This document shows, in pieces, positions 34,906 to 45,956 of a stretch of 64,000 bases of DNA (within the stretch, counting starts at the first letter, position 1; each line of letters starts with the position of its first letter). Made by a program: the position numbers and the translations under genes. The DNA comes from Lepidodermella squamata (lineage: Eukaryota > Animalia > Gastrotricha). The notes under the pieces were generated by a model. That model saw nothing but the letters and a program-made list of their open reading frames with translations, searched no databases and had not been told where the DNA came from. The stretch covers positions 1-64,000 of the forward strand of contig JBLDXI010000033.1 of assembly GCA_047495785.1 (NCBI GenBank). Direction: 5' to 3'.

Positions 34906-35400
34906 ATGGAAAGAAAAATGACTGATGAAGAGCTTTTCGATTTGCATTACAAAATCGATAGAAGTGGGTCATATGAAAACCTTGCACACAAATATATGAC
35001 TTGCGAAGTTTGCAACATTGATCTATTTCCTGATTATCATGAAAATTTCAATATTTGTACGTCTTGCGGCCGATGCTATCCTTATTGTAATCCTGAAGGT
35101 AGCACCAGGTTTTCGCCGCCTTACAAAAGGGCGTGGCATATCATGTCTGTTATCAGAAAGCATGACTTACACATTAATGGTAATGAGCAAGACAAAATCA
35201 TGAATTTATACAAAGAATTAGATAGACTATATTTCAAGAAATTTCCAAAGAAAAATATGATACATATACTATTTGTGTTACAATATATGTGTAAAAAATT
35301 AGGCTTTGTACATATAGCCCAAAGAATCAAGATTATAAAAAATGAAAAACTTTTGAAAAAATGGGACGATAAATTAAATCTAGTATTTAACCAAGAATGA
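34906..35400 (+). CDS. VLTF3-like (poxvirus A2 family) late transcription factor
   Basis: CEVC..CTSCG zinc ribbon, PYKRAWH, KN..HILFVL...C..LG and IK.EKLLKKWD resemble NCLDV VLTF3. Confidence 0.7.
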   Translation: MERKMTDEELFDLHYKIDRSGSYENLAHKYMTCEVCNIDLFPDYHENFNICTSCGRCYPYCNPEGSTRFSPPYKRAWHIMSVIRKHDLHINGNEQDKIMNLYKELDRLYFKKFPKKNMIHILFVLQYMCKKLGFVHIAQRIKIIKNEKLLKKWDDKLNLVFNQE

Positions 35401-36131
35401 AAAGCTCCGTAATTTTTATCCCTAAAGAATGGAATGAACATAGCAAAAATAAAGGAAACGATAAATATATACGAAGTGATGGATCAGTGCCATTTGATGG
35501 AAATGTAAATATGAATAATAAAAGGATAGAGAATGTTGGCGACCCTGTGCATAATAGCGATGCAGTTAATCTGAAAGCTTTCGTGACAGAACGTGAGAAA
35601 TTTATAAAGGGCTGTGAAGATAAACTAACATCACATGTTTCGACTTACAATACGTTCAAAGCCAAAGTTGAACAGGATATGACGAAAATATCCGGTTTAA
35701 ATCGGGAAAATATGTCTCTTTTTATGTCTGGGCATAATAGCATTGAAAATAAGAAATTCCTAGCATTTAATATTTTACATTCTACTCATATGTCAATCGA
35801 TAGCAGTGGTGCTTTTTCAGAGGGAGACGACGAAGGAGATGCGATTTTACCTGGTTCAGTGGCAATTAAGGAACCCCTTTTTGCCCGCATACAGCTGTGG
35901 ATAGCCGTAAATGGAGAAAGCACCTCAATCGCGATCAGCCTAGTGAAGAATGAGCATCAAGTTTTGGGGAATAAATACTCCACATATAATCAGCTCGGAG
36001 AAACACGTTTAGAACACTTGGAAATGATTGAAAACTTTGATAGAGGTGATAAATTTCAGGTTTTATTGACAACCAAGTCTAAAATAACTTGTAAATTTTA
36101 TCTAAGAATTTCTAGTTTATTATATAAATGA
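35397..36131 (+). CDS. Putative fibre/spike protein, 244 aa
   Basis: DG..FDGNVNMNNKRIENVGDP..NSDAVN fibre-type motif, coiled coil, beta-rich C-terminal head. Confidence 0.6.
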   Translation: MKSSVIFIPKEWNEHSKNKGNDKYIRSDGSVPFDGNVNMNNKRIENVGDPVHNSDAVNLKAFVTEREKFIKGCEDKLTSHVSTYNTFKAKVEQDMTKISGLNRENMSLFMSGHNSIENKKFLAFNILHSTHMSIDSSGAFSEGDDEGDAILPGSVAIKEPLFARIQLWIAVNGESTSIAISLVKNEHQVLGNKYSTYNQLGETRLEHLEMIENFDRGDKFQVLLTTKSKITCKFYLRISSLLYK

Positions 36132-36736
36132 CCGAGCATAATATTTATCCAACAGCCCCTAAATTGGAAACGCGTTTAGAAACAAACAGTACTCAGGAAT
36201 TTAGGATTAGTGAAATTAAAAAACTAAAAGAAGTAATGAAAAACGAGATTGATTTTCGCCTTAAATGCTACGATAAGTATAAGAGATCAGCTAATGCACT
36301 TAATGGTGTTAATATCGGCCTGTCATCGATGTCAATTGGACTTGGCGTAGGAGGAATAGGGCTGCTAACAACTATAATAAGCACTCCTATAGTTATTGTT
36401 TTAGAAGCTATTTCTATCGGATCTGGACTTGTTAGTATTGGGTTTGGTATTGGTGCTAAGCAGCTCATGAAAAAGGCTGAAAAGCATGAGAGATTGTGCA
36501 TGCTAGCTATAAGCAAGCTGAACTCGATAAATGATCTAATATCGAAAGCACTGAATGACAATTTCATTAGTGATAGTGAGTATAAAATCATAACTAAAGA
36601 ATATGAAAAATACTTAGAGATGAAGTCTCCGATTAAAAAAGATTTAGATAGTAAATCTTCTGTTAGTGATAAAGAAATAAAAAAGGAGTTCATAAAAAAG
36701 ATCCAAGAATTACAATTAGATGTAAAAAGTCGATAA
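36128..36736 (+). CDS. Conserved Polinton membrane protein with two Gly-rich hydrophobic helices, 202 aa
   Basis: IYPTAP..FRISEI N-terminus, hydrophobic hairpin, ISKAL.DN.ISD.EY motif. Confidence 0.7.
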   Translation: MTEHNIYPTAPKLETRLETNSTQEFRISEIKKLKEVMKNEIDFRLKCYDKYKRSANALNGVNIGLSSMSIGLGVGGIGLLTTIISTPIVIVLEAISIGSGLVSIGFGIGAKQLMKKAEKHERLCMLAISKLNSINDLISKALNDNFISDSEYKIITKEYEKYLEMKSPIKKDLDSKSSVSDKEIKKEFIKKIQELQLDVKSR

Positions 36737-37027
36737 TTCATTTGAATATTCATACGGCCGAACAGGATAGCCGAAATTTAACTTTGGGCTTGGCACCTTT
36801 CTCGAATTCTGAGAATCTGCCACCTTATTCACCCTAATAATTGTTGGCTTCTTAGCTGAATACTCCTTACGTAATTTCAGTCCAACGTAGCCACTAATAA
36901 TCACCAAAAAGATTACACATGTATACATAACTATCGTTTTCATTTCCAAATTGTTGATGTGGGCAGCTTTAACAATTTCCTTGGTATGCCTTAACATCTC
37001 TTCCATGTAACTACAGGAATCGTGCAT
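36716..37027 (-). CDS. Small single-pass membrane protein, 103 aa
   Basis: One transmembrane segment IVMYTCVIFLVIISGYVGL followed by basic residues. Confidence 0.55.
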   Translation of the reverse strand: MHDSCSYMEEMLRHTKEIVKAAHINNLEMKTIVMYTCVIFLVIISGYVGLKLRKEYSAKKPTIIRVNKVADSQNSRKVPSPKLNFGYPVRPYEYSNELSTFYI

Positions 37028-37039
37028 TTTTATTTTTTA

Positions 37040-37405
37040 CTATATACTCTCCCTGAGATTTTTCATTTCAGTGAGAAATTCTTTGATTTCGAGCTTTGCT
37101 TTCTCTTTCCTCTCTTTCTGACTTACTTTTCTAATTTCAGCCTGTTTTTCTTGTTGCTGCTTAGTAGTTAAGAAGCTGTTATAAAGAGACTCAAACTTAA
37201 TCTTCTCTTTTTCCATGTCTAACAATTTTCGCTCAATGTCTTTCGCCGATCCTTTTTTCATCTTTTCGAGTTCCCTGTACTGTTTACTTAACGTTTTGAA
37301 TCCTACGGAAATATCCTTAATTTCTTGTTTTAACTGCTCTTGGATGCTTTCATTATCATCCAACATTTCATCCACTTCTGTCAGCGCTATGAATGTACCT
37401 GGCAT
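37040..37405 (-). CDS. Coiled-coil protein, paralog A (121 aa)
   Basis: Highly similar to 37490-37771; 366-bp tandem duplication. Confidence 0.7.
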   Translation of the reverse strand: MPGTFIALTEVDEMLDDNESIQEQLKQEIKDISVGFKTLSKQYRELEKMKKGSAKDIERKLLDMEKEKIKFESLYNSFLTTKQQQEKQAEIRKVSQKERKEKAKLEIKEFLTEMKNLRESI

Positions 37406-37489
37406 GTCTATATTAGTAGTCGAGAAATTTATTTTCGCTTTCTTCTCGCCTGAACTTTATTCATCGGCAAAATTTTTAGTGGATATTGA

Positions 37490-37771
37490 TTATTTTCTAA
37501 TTTCAGCCTGTTTTTCTTGTTGCTGATTAGCAGTTAAGAGGCTGCTATAAAGAGACTCGAACTTAATCTTCTCTTTTTCCATGTCTAACAATTTTCGCTC
37601 AATTTCTTTCTCCGATCCTTTTTTCATCTTTTCGAGTTCCCTGTACTGTTTACTTAACGTTTTGTATCCTACGGAAATATCCTTAATTTCTTGTTTACAC
37701 CGCTCTAGGATGCTTTCATAATCTTCCATCATTTCAATCACTTCTGTCAGCGCTACGAATGTATCTGGCAT
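37490..37771 (-). CDS. Coiled-coil protein, paralog B (93 aa, C-terminally shorter)
   Basis: Diverged tandem duplicate with an open frame and its own TATA-like upstream sequence. Confidence 0.65.
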   Translation of the reverse strand: MPDTFVALTEVIEMMEDYESILERCKQEIKDISVGYKTLSKQYRELEKMKKGSEKEIERKLLDMEKEKIKFESLYSSLLTANQQQEKQAEIRK

Positions 37772-37794
37772 GTCTATATAAGTTGTGGAGAAAT

Positions 37795-38091
37795 TTATTT
37801 TCGCTTTCTTCTCGCCTGAACCTCATTCATTGACATAATTTTTACTGGATACTGATTATTCTCTTCCGGGGGTAGTAAATTCACCTTAATATTGCCTCCA
37901 TGCTGATGTTTATAGCCGGAGTTTTCTCTAAATTCTTGATTCGAGCCTAGCCATTTCTGTAAATTATAATATATCATCCCTTTGCTCACGTTGAATTTCG
38001 CCGCAATTTGTAATACAGGAGTTTTGCCTTTAAAATATTCTTCAATAATTTTGGCTTTAGTTTCTGTGCTTATTTGTTTCGTTCTCAACAT
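37795..38091 (-). CDS. Helix-turn-helix DNA-binding protein, 98 aa
   Basis: ISTETKAKII..Y..G..V.QIAAKFNVSKGMIY is a Psq/Tc1-type HTH pattern. Confidence 0.7.
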   Translation of the reverse strand: MLRTKQISTETKAKIIEEYFKGKTPVLQIAAKFNVSKGMIYYNLQKWLGSNQEFRENSGYKHQHGGNIKVNLLPPEENNQYPVKIMSMNEVQARRKRK

Positions 38092-38119
38092 ACTTACCTT
38101 ATATACAGAAATTTTTTTA

Positions 38120-39030
38120 AAGTTTGAAAGTCTGAACGTTTAAACGTTTGAACTTCGCAGGCGTTGGCATGTGCCCTTTTACAAGCATATTTACACGTTT
38201 GAACGGTTGAAAGCTTGAACGTTTGAACGTTTGAAAGCTTGAATGTTTGAACGTTCGAATTATCAGTGTAAATTGTCAGATCAGCATGATATCGGTCGAA
38301 CAGCCCAACTCGGCGATTACAGTTTCGAATCATCGGCCGACTTTGCGGATTAAAATCGCCTGCGGCTAACCTCGATTGCGGCTAAAAATTGTGACCGAAT
38401 TTATTTTTCAAATTTGCCCGGGTTTTATGAATTATCAGCTGATTTTGTGTATAACAGCTAAACTTGAGAAACAAGTTACAAATTTATTATTCTGAAAATT
38501 CCGAAGATGTCGCATACAAATCGCCTGCGGCTAACCTTGGGTTAATTATGACCGAATTTACTTTTCATCGCATTTTTTGGCGTTGACAGAGCAGACATTA
38601 CATCATCTTATAAGCTGCTATTCGCATTCGTAGACATAGATCATATGAATCGGTAGGCTCTGCTGAAACTCCTAGACCTTAGGAAAATTTGGTTGTCAAA
38701 TCTCTCACAACGCTGGACACTGAAAATTGTTGAACCTTCGTTTGAAATCTGAACGTTCAAACGTTCGAACTTCATAGGCGTTGGCATGTACCCTTTTACC
38801 AGCATATTTACACGTTTGAACGGTTGAAAGCTTGAATGTTTGAACGTTCGAATTATCAGTGTAAGTTTGAAGATTAGATCTTTGTCAGATCAGGGTATTT
38901 AGCAAGATATCGGTCGAACAGCCCAACACATTCACGCTTACTGTTTCGAATTCAGTGAATCATCAGCCGTCTTCACGAATGAAAATCGCATGCGGCCAAC
39001 CTTGGGTTTATTGTGACCGAATTTTTAATT
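38120..39030. repeat. Polinton internal non-coding repeats: 8-bp TTTGAACG/AAG microarray and duplicated ~200-bp block
   Basis: ~38130-38335 resembles ~38745-38955; AAATCGCCTGCGGCTAACCT-like motif at ~38354, ~38518, ~38983. Confidence 0.75.
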
Positions 39031-39182
39031 CCTTAATTCTTGGCTTCAGCATAGTCAGTTACATGAAGCGCGAGAGTAACTCTCTGAATGTAATGAACGA
39101 TACAGTCGAGCTAGCCAACGTGACTTTCCGTCCACAAGTGCCGGCTAAACCTCTGCGCGACGAGATTGGAGATCGGACGTAC

Positions 39183-39890
39183 GCCGAAATCGCGATTTCT
39201 GATACCGATTTCGACACGATCAACGCCGAATTTTTACAGTGGCCGTTGATAGTTTGTACAGAATTTCAAGGGCTATCTAATGATATAAAATTTACAGAAC
39301 GGCGATACTGGGTTTCGACTGAAAATTGATTTGTCAGCCAAATTGATTTGTCATCTAGGCCAAAATCGCGATTTCTGAGGCCGATTTCGACCCGATCGTT
39401 GCCGAATTTGTACAGCGGCTGTTGGCAGCTTGTACAGAAGTTCAAGGGCTATCTAATGATATAAAAATTATAGAGTGACGATACTTGATTCGCCTTGAAA
39501 TTGCGATCAAAATCAGTTGATTTAGCATGCCAGCAATGCCAAAAAAGATATTTCTAGAGCCGATTTGTACCATATCGACGCTGAATTTTTACAGCGGCCG
39601 TTGTTAGTTTATATAGAATTTCAAGGGCTATCTAAAGGTATAAAATTCATGGAACGGTGATACTGGTTTCCGGCTAAAATAGCGATCTAAGTCGGTCAAA
39701 TTGGCGTTCCGCCACAGCCAAAATCGTGATTTCCGAAGCCGATTTCGACATAATCGGCGGCGTTCTTGTTCAGCGGGCGCTGTTAGTTTGTACAGAATTT
39801 CAAGGGCTATCTAGTGATATAAAATTTATAGAACGGTGATACTGGGTTCGCCTGGAAATTGCAAGAAAAGTCGGTCAAATTGGTGTGCTA
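39183..39890. repeat. ~179-bp tandem repeat x4 (diverged), Polinton subterminal
   Basis: GAA(T/G)TTCAAGGGCTATCTA at 39261, 39437, 39616, 39795. Confidence 0.88.
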
Positions 39891-40326
39891 AATCTAAACG
39901 CCATTTTTAATTTTTTATTGCCTGATTCCCAGAGATGTTGACTCTGTCTGCTTTGAACTATTGCCTAGCACGCGCTCAAGACTTCGTCAAATTTTTTAAT
40001 TGTTTCCGTTCATTCTCAGGACGGTACTGGATACATTTGAAGATTTACCATTGCGCTCAAAAGTGCAACTTGGGCGTGGACCCGTAGGCTGTAGGTGCTC
40101 ATAGATAAATTCACTGAAGTTTAGTGCTTTCCGACCGAGTGTAGTATCTTTGGAGATTTACCATGAATACGGTGTCCAAATGCATTGAGCTCTATGGTAG
40201 TGCTCTATGGAGCTCCATGGATTCTACGGAAAAAACTCACAGTGAATGCAAGTGCGGTAATTTTTAAGGAGGCTGAAAGCATTCGCTATTATAATTTCAG
40301 CATTTCACATTTCACATTTCACTAAG

Positions 40327-40891
40327 ATGAATAGCTCTCTCTGCGTGTCATTGCTTTTAATAATGGCCATCGCATCAACCATTGCGATCAGCTGCTACGA
40401 TAACCAAAAGGACAGCACATCACCACCCTCGGTTTTTGTTGGATGTCGTGCATGTTATGTAATTTTAGCCATTATTTCAAATCAAACCAAGTCTATAAAT
40501 GAATTTTTTATAGCTTCTAGCCTACAGCGCTCAACGTGGGTCAATGACCTACAACCATTCTTGCATCAGAAATGCAGAAGTACCATGCAATACTCAAACC
40601 TCGGCTGCAGCATATTCCGGAACAGTTACCACGTCCTGTGTATGCTGTAGTGATTGGTGCAATTATAAGGCCTCTCCGTGCTATTTTACCGTAGACTCCC
40701 CTGTTATGCTCTACCTTAATACCAGCGGAGCATGGCAGGGGGCATTCGGCTCTAATACCGCAAATTCATATGACGTATCAACTTCGGCCACCATAATCTC
40801 ATCTACGAAGCGTAATTTCTCCCCTTTACCCTCCTCGAGTCATAATATTCTGATCCTAGGACTTGGTTTGGCCTTCACGTCTGGCCTATAA
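40327..40891 (+). CDS. Ly6/uPAR (three-finger)-like secreted or GPI-anchored protein, 2 exons (40327-40458, 40514-40891), 169 aa
   Basis: Signal peptide, ISCY..C..CY..SC..C..CVCCSDWCN, Ser/Thr-rich stalk, hydrophobic C-terminus; in-frame phase-0 intron; TATA-like at ~40287 and AATAAA at 40962. Confidence 0.8.
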
Positions 40892-41090
40892 AAAAATTCA
40901 GGCCAATGAATACCGCCACATGCCTTATTGAAAAAAAATGTACACTTAAATATTACTTTGAATAAACGAAAAAACGTTTTAAGCCACTGCGGATTTTTTA
41001 ATGTCGCAATGAATAGACATTCTCTGTAAGAAGGTTCAATGAGTTATTTTTGCCTTTCACAATGCCGAGTGCCAAATGATGAAAATCCAT

Positions 41091-41378
41091 TGAGCAGGAC
41101 GTCCTATCCGGAGTAAATTTCATTTCTAGGTGGTGTTCTGAAAACCACCCCTTTTCAGGCTGTTCTCAAAATTTTAAGATCGGAAAATTCGGACGACCGC
41201 TGAAACTCAATTTAATTTGAGCTGGATATGTCTAGGCGGCGATTTTGACTCTTTGGTGATGATTTTTGCATTTCGCATAGCCCATGCGAAAAGCCGAAGA
41301 TTTGCCGCGGAGAATATGATAAAAGATGAAAATTTTATTTTGAGGTGGCTGGCCCAGCTTCGGCCGATTCCTACTGCT
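41091..41378 (-). repeat. Polinton right terminal inverted repeat
   Basis: Reverse complement of 16946-17233. Confidence 0.93.
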
Positions 41379-42529
41379 TTCATGTCATTCAATTGTTACC
41401 CCGATTAATTTTTACAACAAACCTATCGAAACTTCGAAACTTAACTTAAATTATATTATCCAACCTTCATGTTTTGTTATTTGCGTTCTCGTCATCAGTG
41501 TCATCGATTCTCCCAATTCATGTCATTCAGTTGTTACCCCGATTAATTTTTACAACAACCTCTCGAAACTTCGAAACTTTAGCTCAAACCTTCTTGTTTT
41601 GTTCTTTTTGCGTTCTCGTCATCAGTGACATGGATTCTACCAATTCATGTCATTCAATTGTTACCCTGATTGTTTTTTTACAACAAACTCTCGAAACTTC
41701 GAAACTTCAAAACATGGTCGTGGGTTCGAACCAGATTTCTCCTTTTTCTACTCATCAATTTGTTCTTTAACCTTCACGCATTCGTTGTTGGCGTTTTCGT
41801 CATCAGCTACATCGATTCTACCAATTCATGTCATTCAATAGTTCTTTTGTTTGTTTTTCACAACAAAGTCTCACTTCAAAACATGGTCGTGGTTTCGAAT
41901 CCGATCTCTGGTCGTTCCGCTCTCAAATTTTATTCTTCAACCTTCCTGTTTTGTTATGTGCGTACTCGTCATCAGTGACATTGATTCTCCCAATTCATGT
42001 CATTCAGTTGTTACCCCGATTAATTTTTACAACAACCTCTCGAAACTTCGAAACTTTAGCTCAAACCTTCTTGTTTTGTTCTTTTTGCGTTCTCGTCATC
42101 AGTGACATGGATTCTACCAATTCATGTCATTCAATTGTTACCCTGATTGTTTTTTTACAACAAACTCTCGAAACTTCGAAACTTCAAAACATGGTCGTGG
42201 GTTCGAACCAGATCTCTCCTTTTTCTACTCATCAATTTGTTCTTCAACCTGCACGCATTCGTTGTTGGCGTTTTCGTCATCAGCTACATCGATTCTACCA
42301 ATTCATGTCATTCAATTGTTAACTCGATTTTACAACATCTTCTCGAAATTTTATGAAAGCGAATAAATGTTCAACTACTCTTTAACGTGCATTCTTCTCT
42401 AAATATTTCCAAGCCATTCAAAAATACGTTGGACGGTTCCTGAGCGAACCCGAAATTACTACTTATCTATAAACACCTAATCAGGAGAACATTCAAATTT
42501 ACAATTCAATTTCATGTTTCATCAACATT

Positions 42530-43083
42530 GGGGTGAGGGGGAAGCACCGTCCCCTCCAACGACGTGGAGGGGATCTCGTAGGGGTGGTTCGAGTCCGTAC
42601 CCATTACCCAGGAGAGTAGAGAAAAAGAAAGAAAAGGCTAGCGCAGCGTAAGCCTTGTCGAACTCTCCTGGATGGGGGCGCGACTCTGGGAGTTCCGAAG
42701 GAACGCCAGTTCCTTTACGCGTGTTTTACACATACGCCGTAGATTACCACGAACGAAGTGAGATTTCATCCCAACAGGGGGGCCCGAGAACGCGTTGGTT
42801 AACAGGACATACTCCGATCGACTTGCCCGATTTATGGTGGTATCCTGGACCCCTCAGGACCTCCCAGAAACTTTTTCAGCTCAATCGGACCTTCCGTTGA
42901 TTTTCTAGAAATTAGGACGGTTTTTACCTATTTTACCGTATTTTTTAGTCACGTGACCTGGAATGGGTAGTATACGACAGGACAGTAGGAGGATATGATA
43001 GGTACACCAAAAAACAAACCACGCTGACCAAAGCTTCCGAGCCAGCTGACAGGCTGGCCCCTCGCCCCTGGGGGAGAGGGGCC
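42530..43083 (+). other. Junction module, copy 3
   Basis: First half is copy-2 type; the segment after GGGGGCGCG (42682) is copy-1 type; terminal hairpin at 43056-43083. Confidence 0.85.
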
Positions 43084-45749
43084 CCACAATAGCCCGCGAC
43101 AAAAGAGCAAACGACAAAAAGGCAATATAAATAAAAGTCAAGGTCGATTGAAAAAACCTGCGGCAAATTGTTTGTGCATTTTGCACATTAATCTATGGGT
43201 TTACCCGTAATCGACTACGGAGAATCCGAATATGAAATCCATTTTATTATAAAGCAATGATAACCCCATGATAATCCTTCCTAAAGTTTTCTGGCTCGCG
43301 CGGCTGCGTCGCACTCGCTGAAAGAGTTGCGTAACTTTCACCACCTAACGACGCCTCGCTGAGATATGAAACTTCGAACAAGCACAACAAGGTTTTTTCC
43401 AACATGTTCAAGCTGACAGCTAGAGTTTCGCAATACAGGTTAGTCCACAAATACAGAATACTACCTTTGAAAACCAACTTCTTTGCAATCACGGCGACAT
43501 TTCATTTCTTGTGAACGATCAACAGAATCATACTTATTCGTCGTTATTCAGTCGGTATTCAGTTTTCTAACCATATTTTATCTCATCGTTCTGGTCAAAA
43601 TAACCAAATTCGCTCGGAAACCAAGTTTTTCCCACCCAAAATGGTCTTACAACAAGTCGAATATGTTCTTTACAAGGAAATGTTTCACGTCATCAACAAT
43701 TTTTTATGCTATTTACTTCAACCCTGCTTAATTTTTTACAAACATCAATCAAAACTTCCAAGTAAGATTCAACATGAAGTTCAACATTTCGCAAAATACG
43801 TTTCGAAGTACTTCGAAACTTCAACTTAAATTATATTATCCAACCTTCATGTGTTGTTCTTTGCGTTCTCGTCATCAGTGACATCGATTCTACCAATTCA
43901 TGTCATTCAATTGTTACCCTAATTTTTTTTACAACAAACTCTCGAAACTTCAAACTTTCAAAACATGGTCGTAGGTTCCAACCCGATCTCTCCTTTTCTA
44001 CTCTTCAATTTGTTCTTTAACCCTCACGCATTCGTTCTTTACGTTCTCGTCATCAGTGACATCGATTCTACTAATTCATGTCTTTCAATTGTTACCCTGA
44101 TTGTTCTTTACAACAACCTCTCTAGACTTCGAAACTTCAACTTAAATTATATTATCCAACCTTCATGTTTTGTTCTTTGCGTTCTCGTCATCGGTGACAT
44201 AGATTCTCCCAATTCATGTCTCGCAATTGTTACCCCGATTAATTATTACAACAACCTCTCGAAACTTCGAAACTTCAACTCAAACCTTCTTGTGTTCTTC
44301 TTTGCGTTCTACTTCTACCGTACCCTAATTTTGTTACCCTAATTGTTTTTACAACAAACAACAAACTGCAAGTTGGACATTGCAAATTAAACACATTATA
44401 CACATTAAAAAAGTCACATTATACCAAGGAATCCCTGCAAGCTTATACCAATCTGCAATAATTGGTTGAATTAAGATTCATGTGATTCGCTGAAAGAGTT
44501 GCGTAACTTTCACCACCTAAAAACTTAAGACGCCTCGCTGAGATAAGAAACTTCCAACAAGAACTTCACAATAAGGTTTTTTCGAACATGTTCAACCTGA
44601 CAGCGAGTGTGTTGCAATTCAGCTTATTCCACAAATTCACAATCCTCCATTGAAAACCAACTTGACTGAATCACCGCGACGTTTGCTTTGTTGTAAACGA
44701 TGAACAGAATCATACTTATTCGTCGTTATTCAGTCGGTTTTCTATGCGTATTTCATCTCAACGTTATGGTCAATGTGACCAATTTCGTCACCTAACGGTT
44801 TGTTTACTGCTCTCCAGGCCGACAGGAGATCATAAATTGACGATAGATACAAGAGAGCAAACGACAAAAGAGCAAGTCTTATTACTGATAAGTTACTGTC
44901 CAAGGTCCAAGGTCGTGGGTACGAACCCAAGCTCCAAGCTCTCGTTTAACTGCTCTTCATGCTCTCGCTCTCTCAACCTCATGTTGGCGATTTCTTCGTC
45001 ACCGAGTTTAATTCAACTTATTCATGTCATTCAATTGTACTCTGATCAATTCTTTCAACAATGTTCCGAAACTGTGAAACCTCGATAGGCAGCTCGAGGG
45101 TTCGAACCCAAGCTCTCGTTTAACCGCTCCCATGCTTTAGTTCTCAGCGTAGTCGTTATCATCGACATCGATTTAACTTGTGGATGTAATTCCATTGTAC
45201 CCTGCTTAATTTGTTACTCAACTTTTTTTAAAATTTGAAATATCGAAGGAAGGTCATGGGTTCGTACCCAAGCTCATGTGAACCTTCAACATCACTCAAG
45301 CTCTGGTTTAGCTGCTCTCTAATGATATCTGTCATCCTTATACTTTTGGTCTCGGAATTATTTACTAGTGATGGTTAACTAGCGTGGTTAACAGGTAATC
45401 CGAAAACTGTTAAAAAGTACTCAAAATACGTGTAGACGACTCGGTATTAAGACGGTGTGTTCCTCTTTATTTTTATGAAACGGTCGAAGGTTCGAATTCA
45501 ACCTTTCGTTCAACTGCTTTGCGATGATTTCGTTCATTCCCAAGCTCTCATTCTCGGCATTAACGTCATTACCGACATCGATTTAGTTTGCACTTGTCAT
45601 TCAGTCGAACCCCGCTAAATTTTGCTCTCCAAGGAATTCTTTCATCCGTATGCTCTAGTTCTCGGCTTTTTGGTCAACACCGACATCGAATTGCCTTTTG
45701 CCTTGTACATGGTAATCAATTGTACTCTGCTTACTTATTTATAAGAATT

Positions 45750-45956
45750 TGTAAGGAGCGGAGTGAAAACAAGAAGCTATTTGCCAAGTATTGCCTTTAT
45801 TAATAACGAGAATATTTAATAATACAAACTGAATCAATACAGAAACAAAGATGTTTATATATGTCCATGGAATAATCTGGAACATAGAAGGTTCCAGAAC
45901 AGGAAAGTTCCAGAGCATGGAAGGTTCCAGAACATAGAATGTTCTAGATCCTCACA
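45750..45956 (-). mobile_element. Solo LTR (207 bp) containing a heat-shock-element array
   Basis: TG...CA ends, 5-bp TSD GAATT (45745-45749, 45957-45961); on the minus strand TATATAAA (45861-45854) then AATAAA (45801-45796). Confidence 0.85.

Larger units (their letters stand above)
16946..41378. mobile_element. Complete Polinton/Maverick (endogenous adinto-like virus), 24,433 bp
   Basis: Ends AGCAGTAGG...CCTACTGCT; 6-bp TSD TTCATG (16940-16945 and 41379-41384) splitting a satellite monomer; TIRs; full pPolB/INT/ATPase/PRO/MCP/mCP gene set. Confidence 0.96.
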
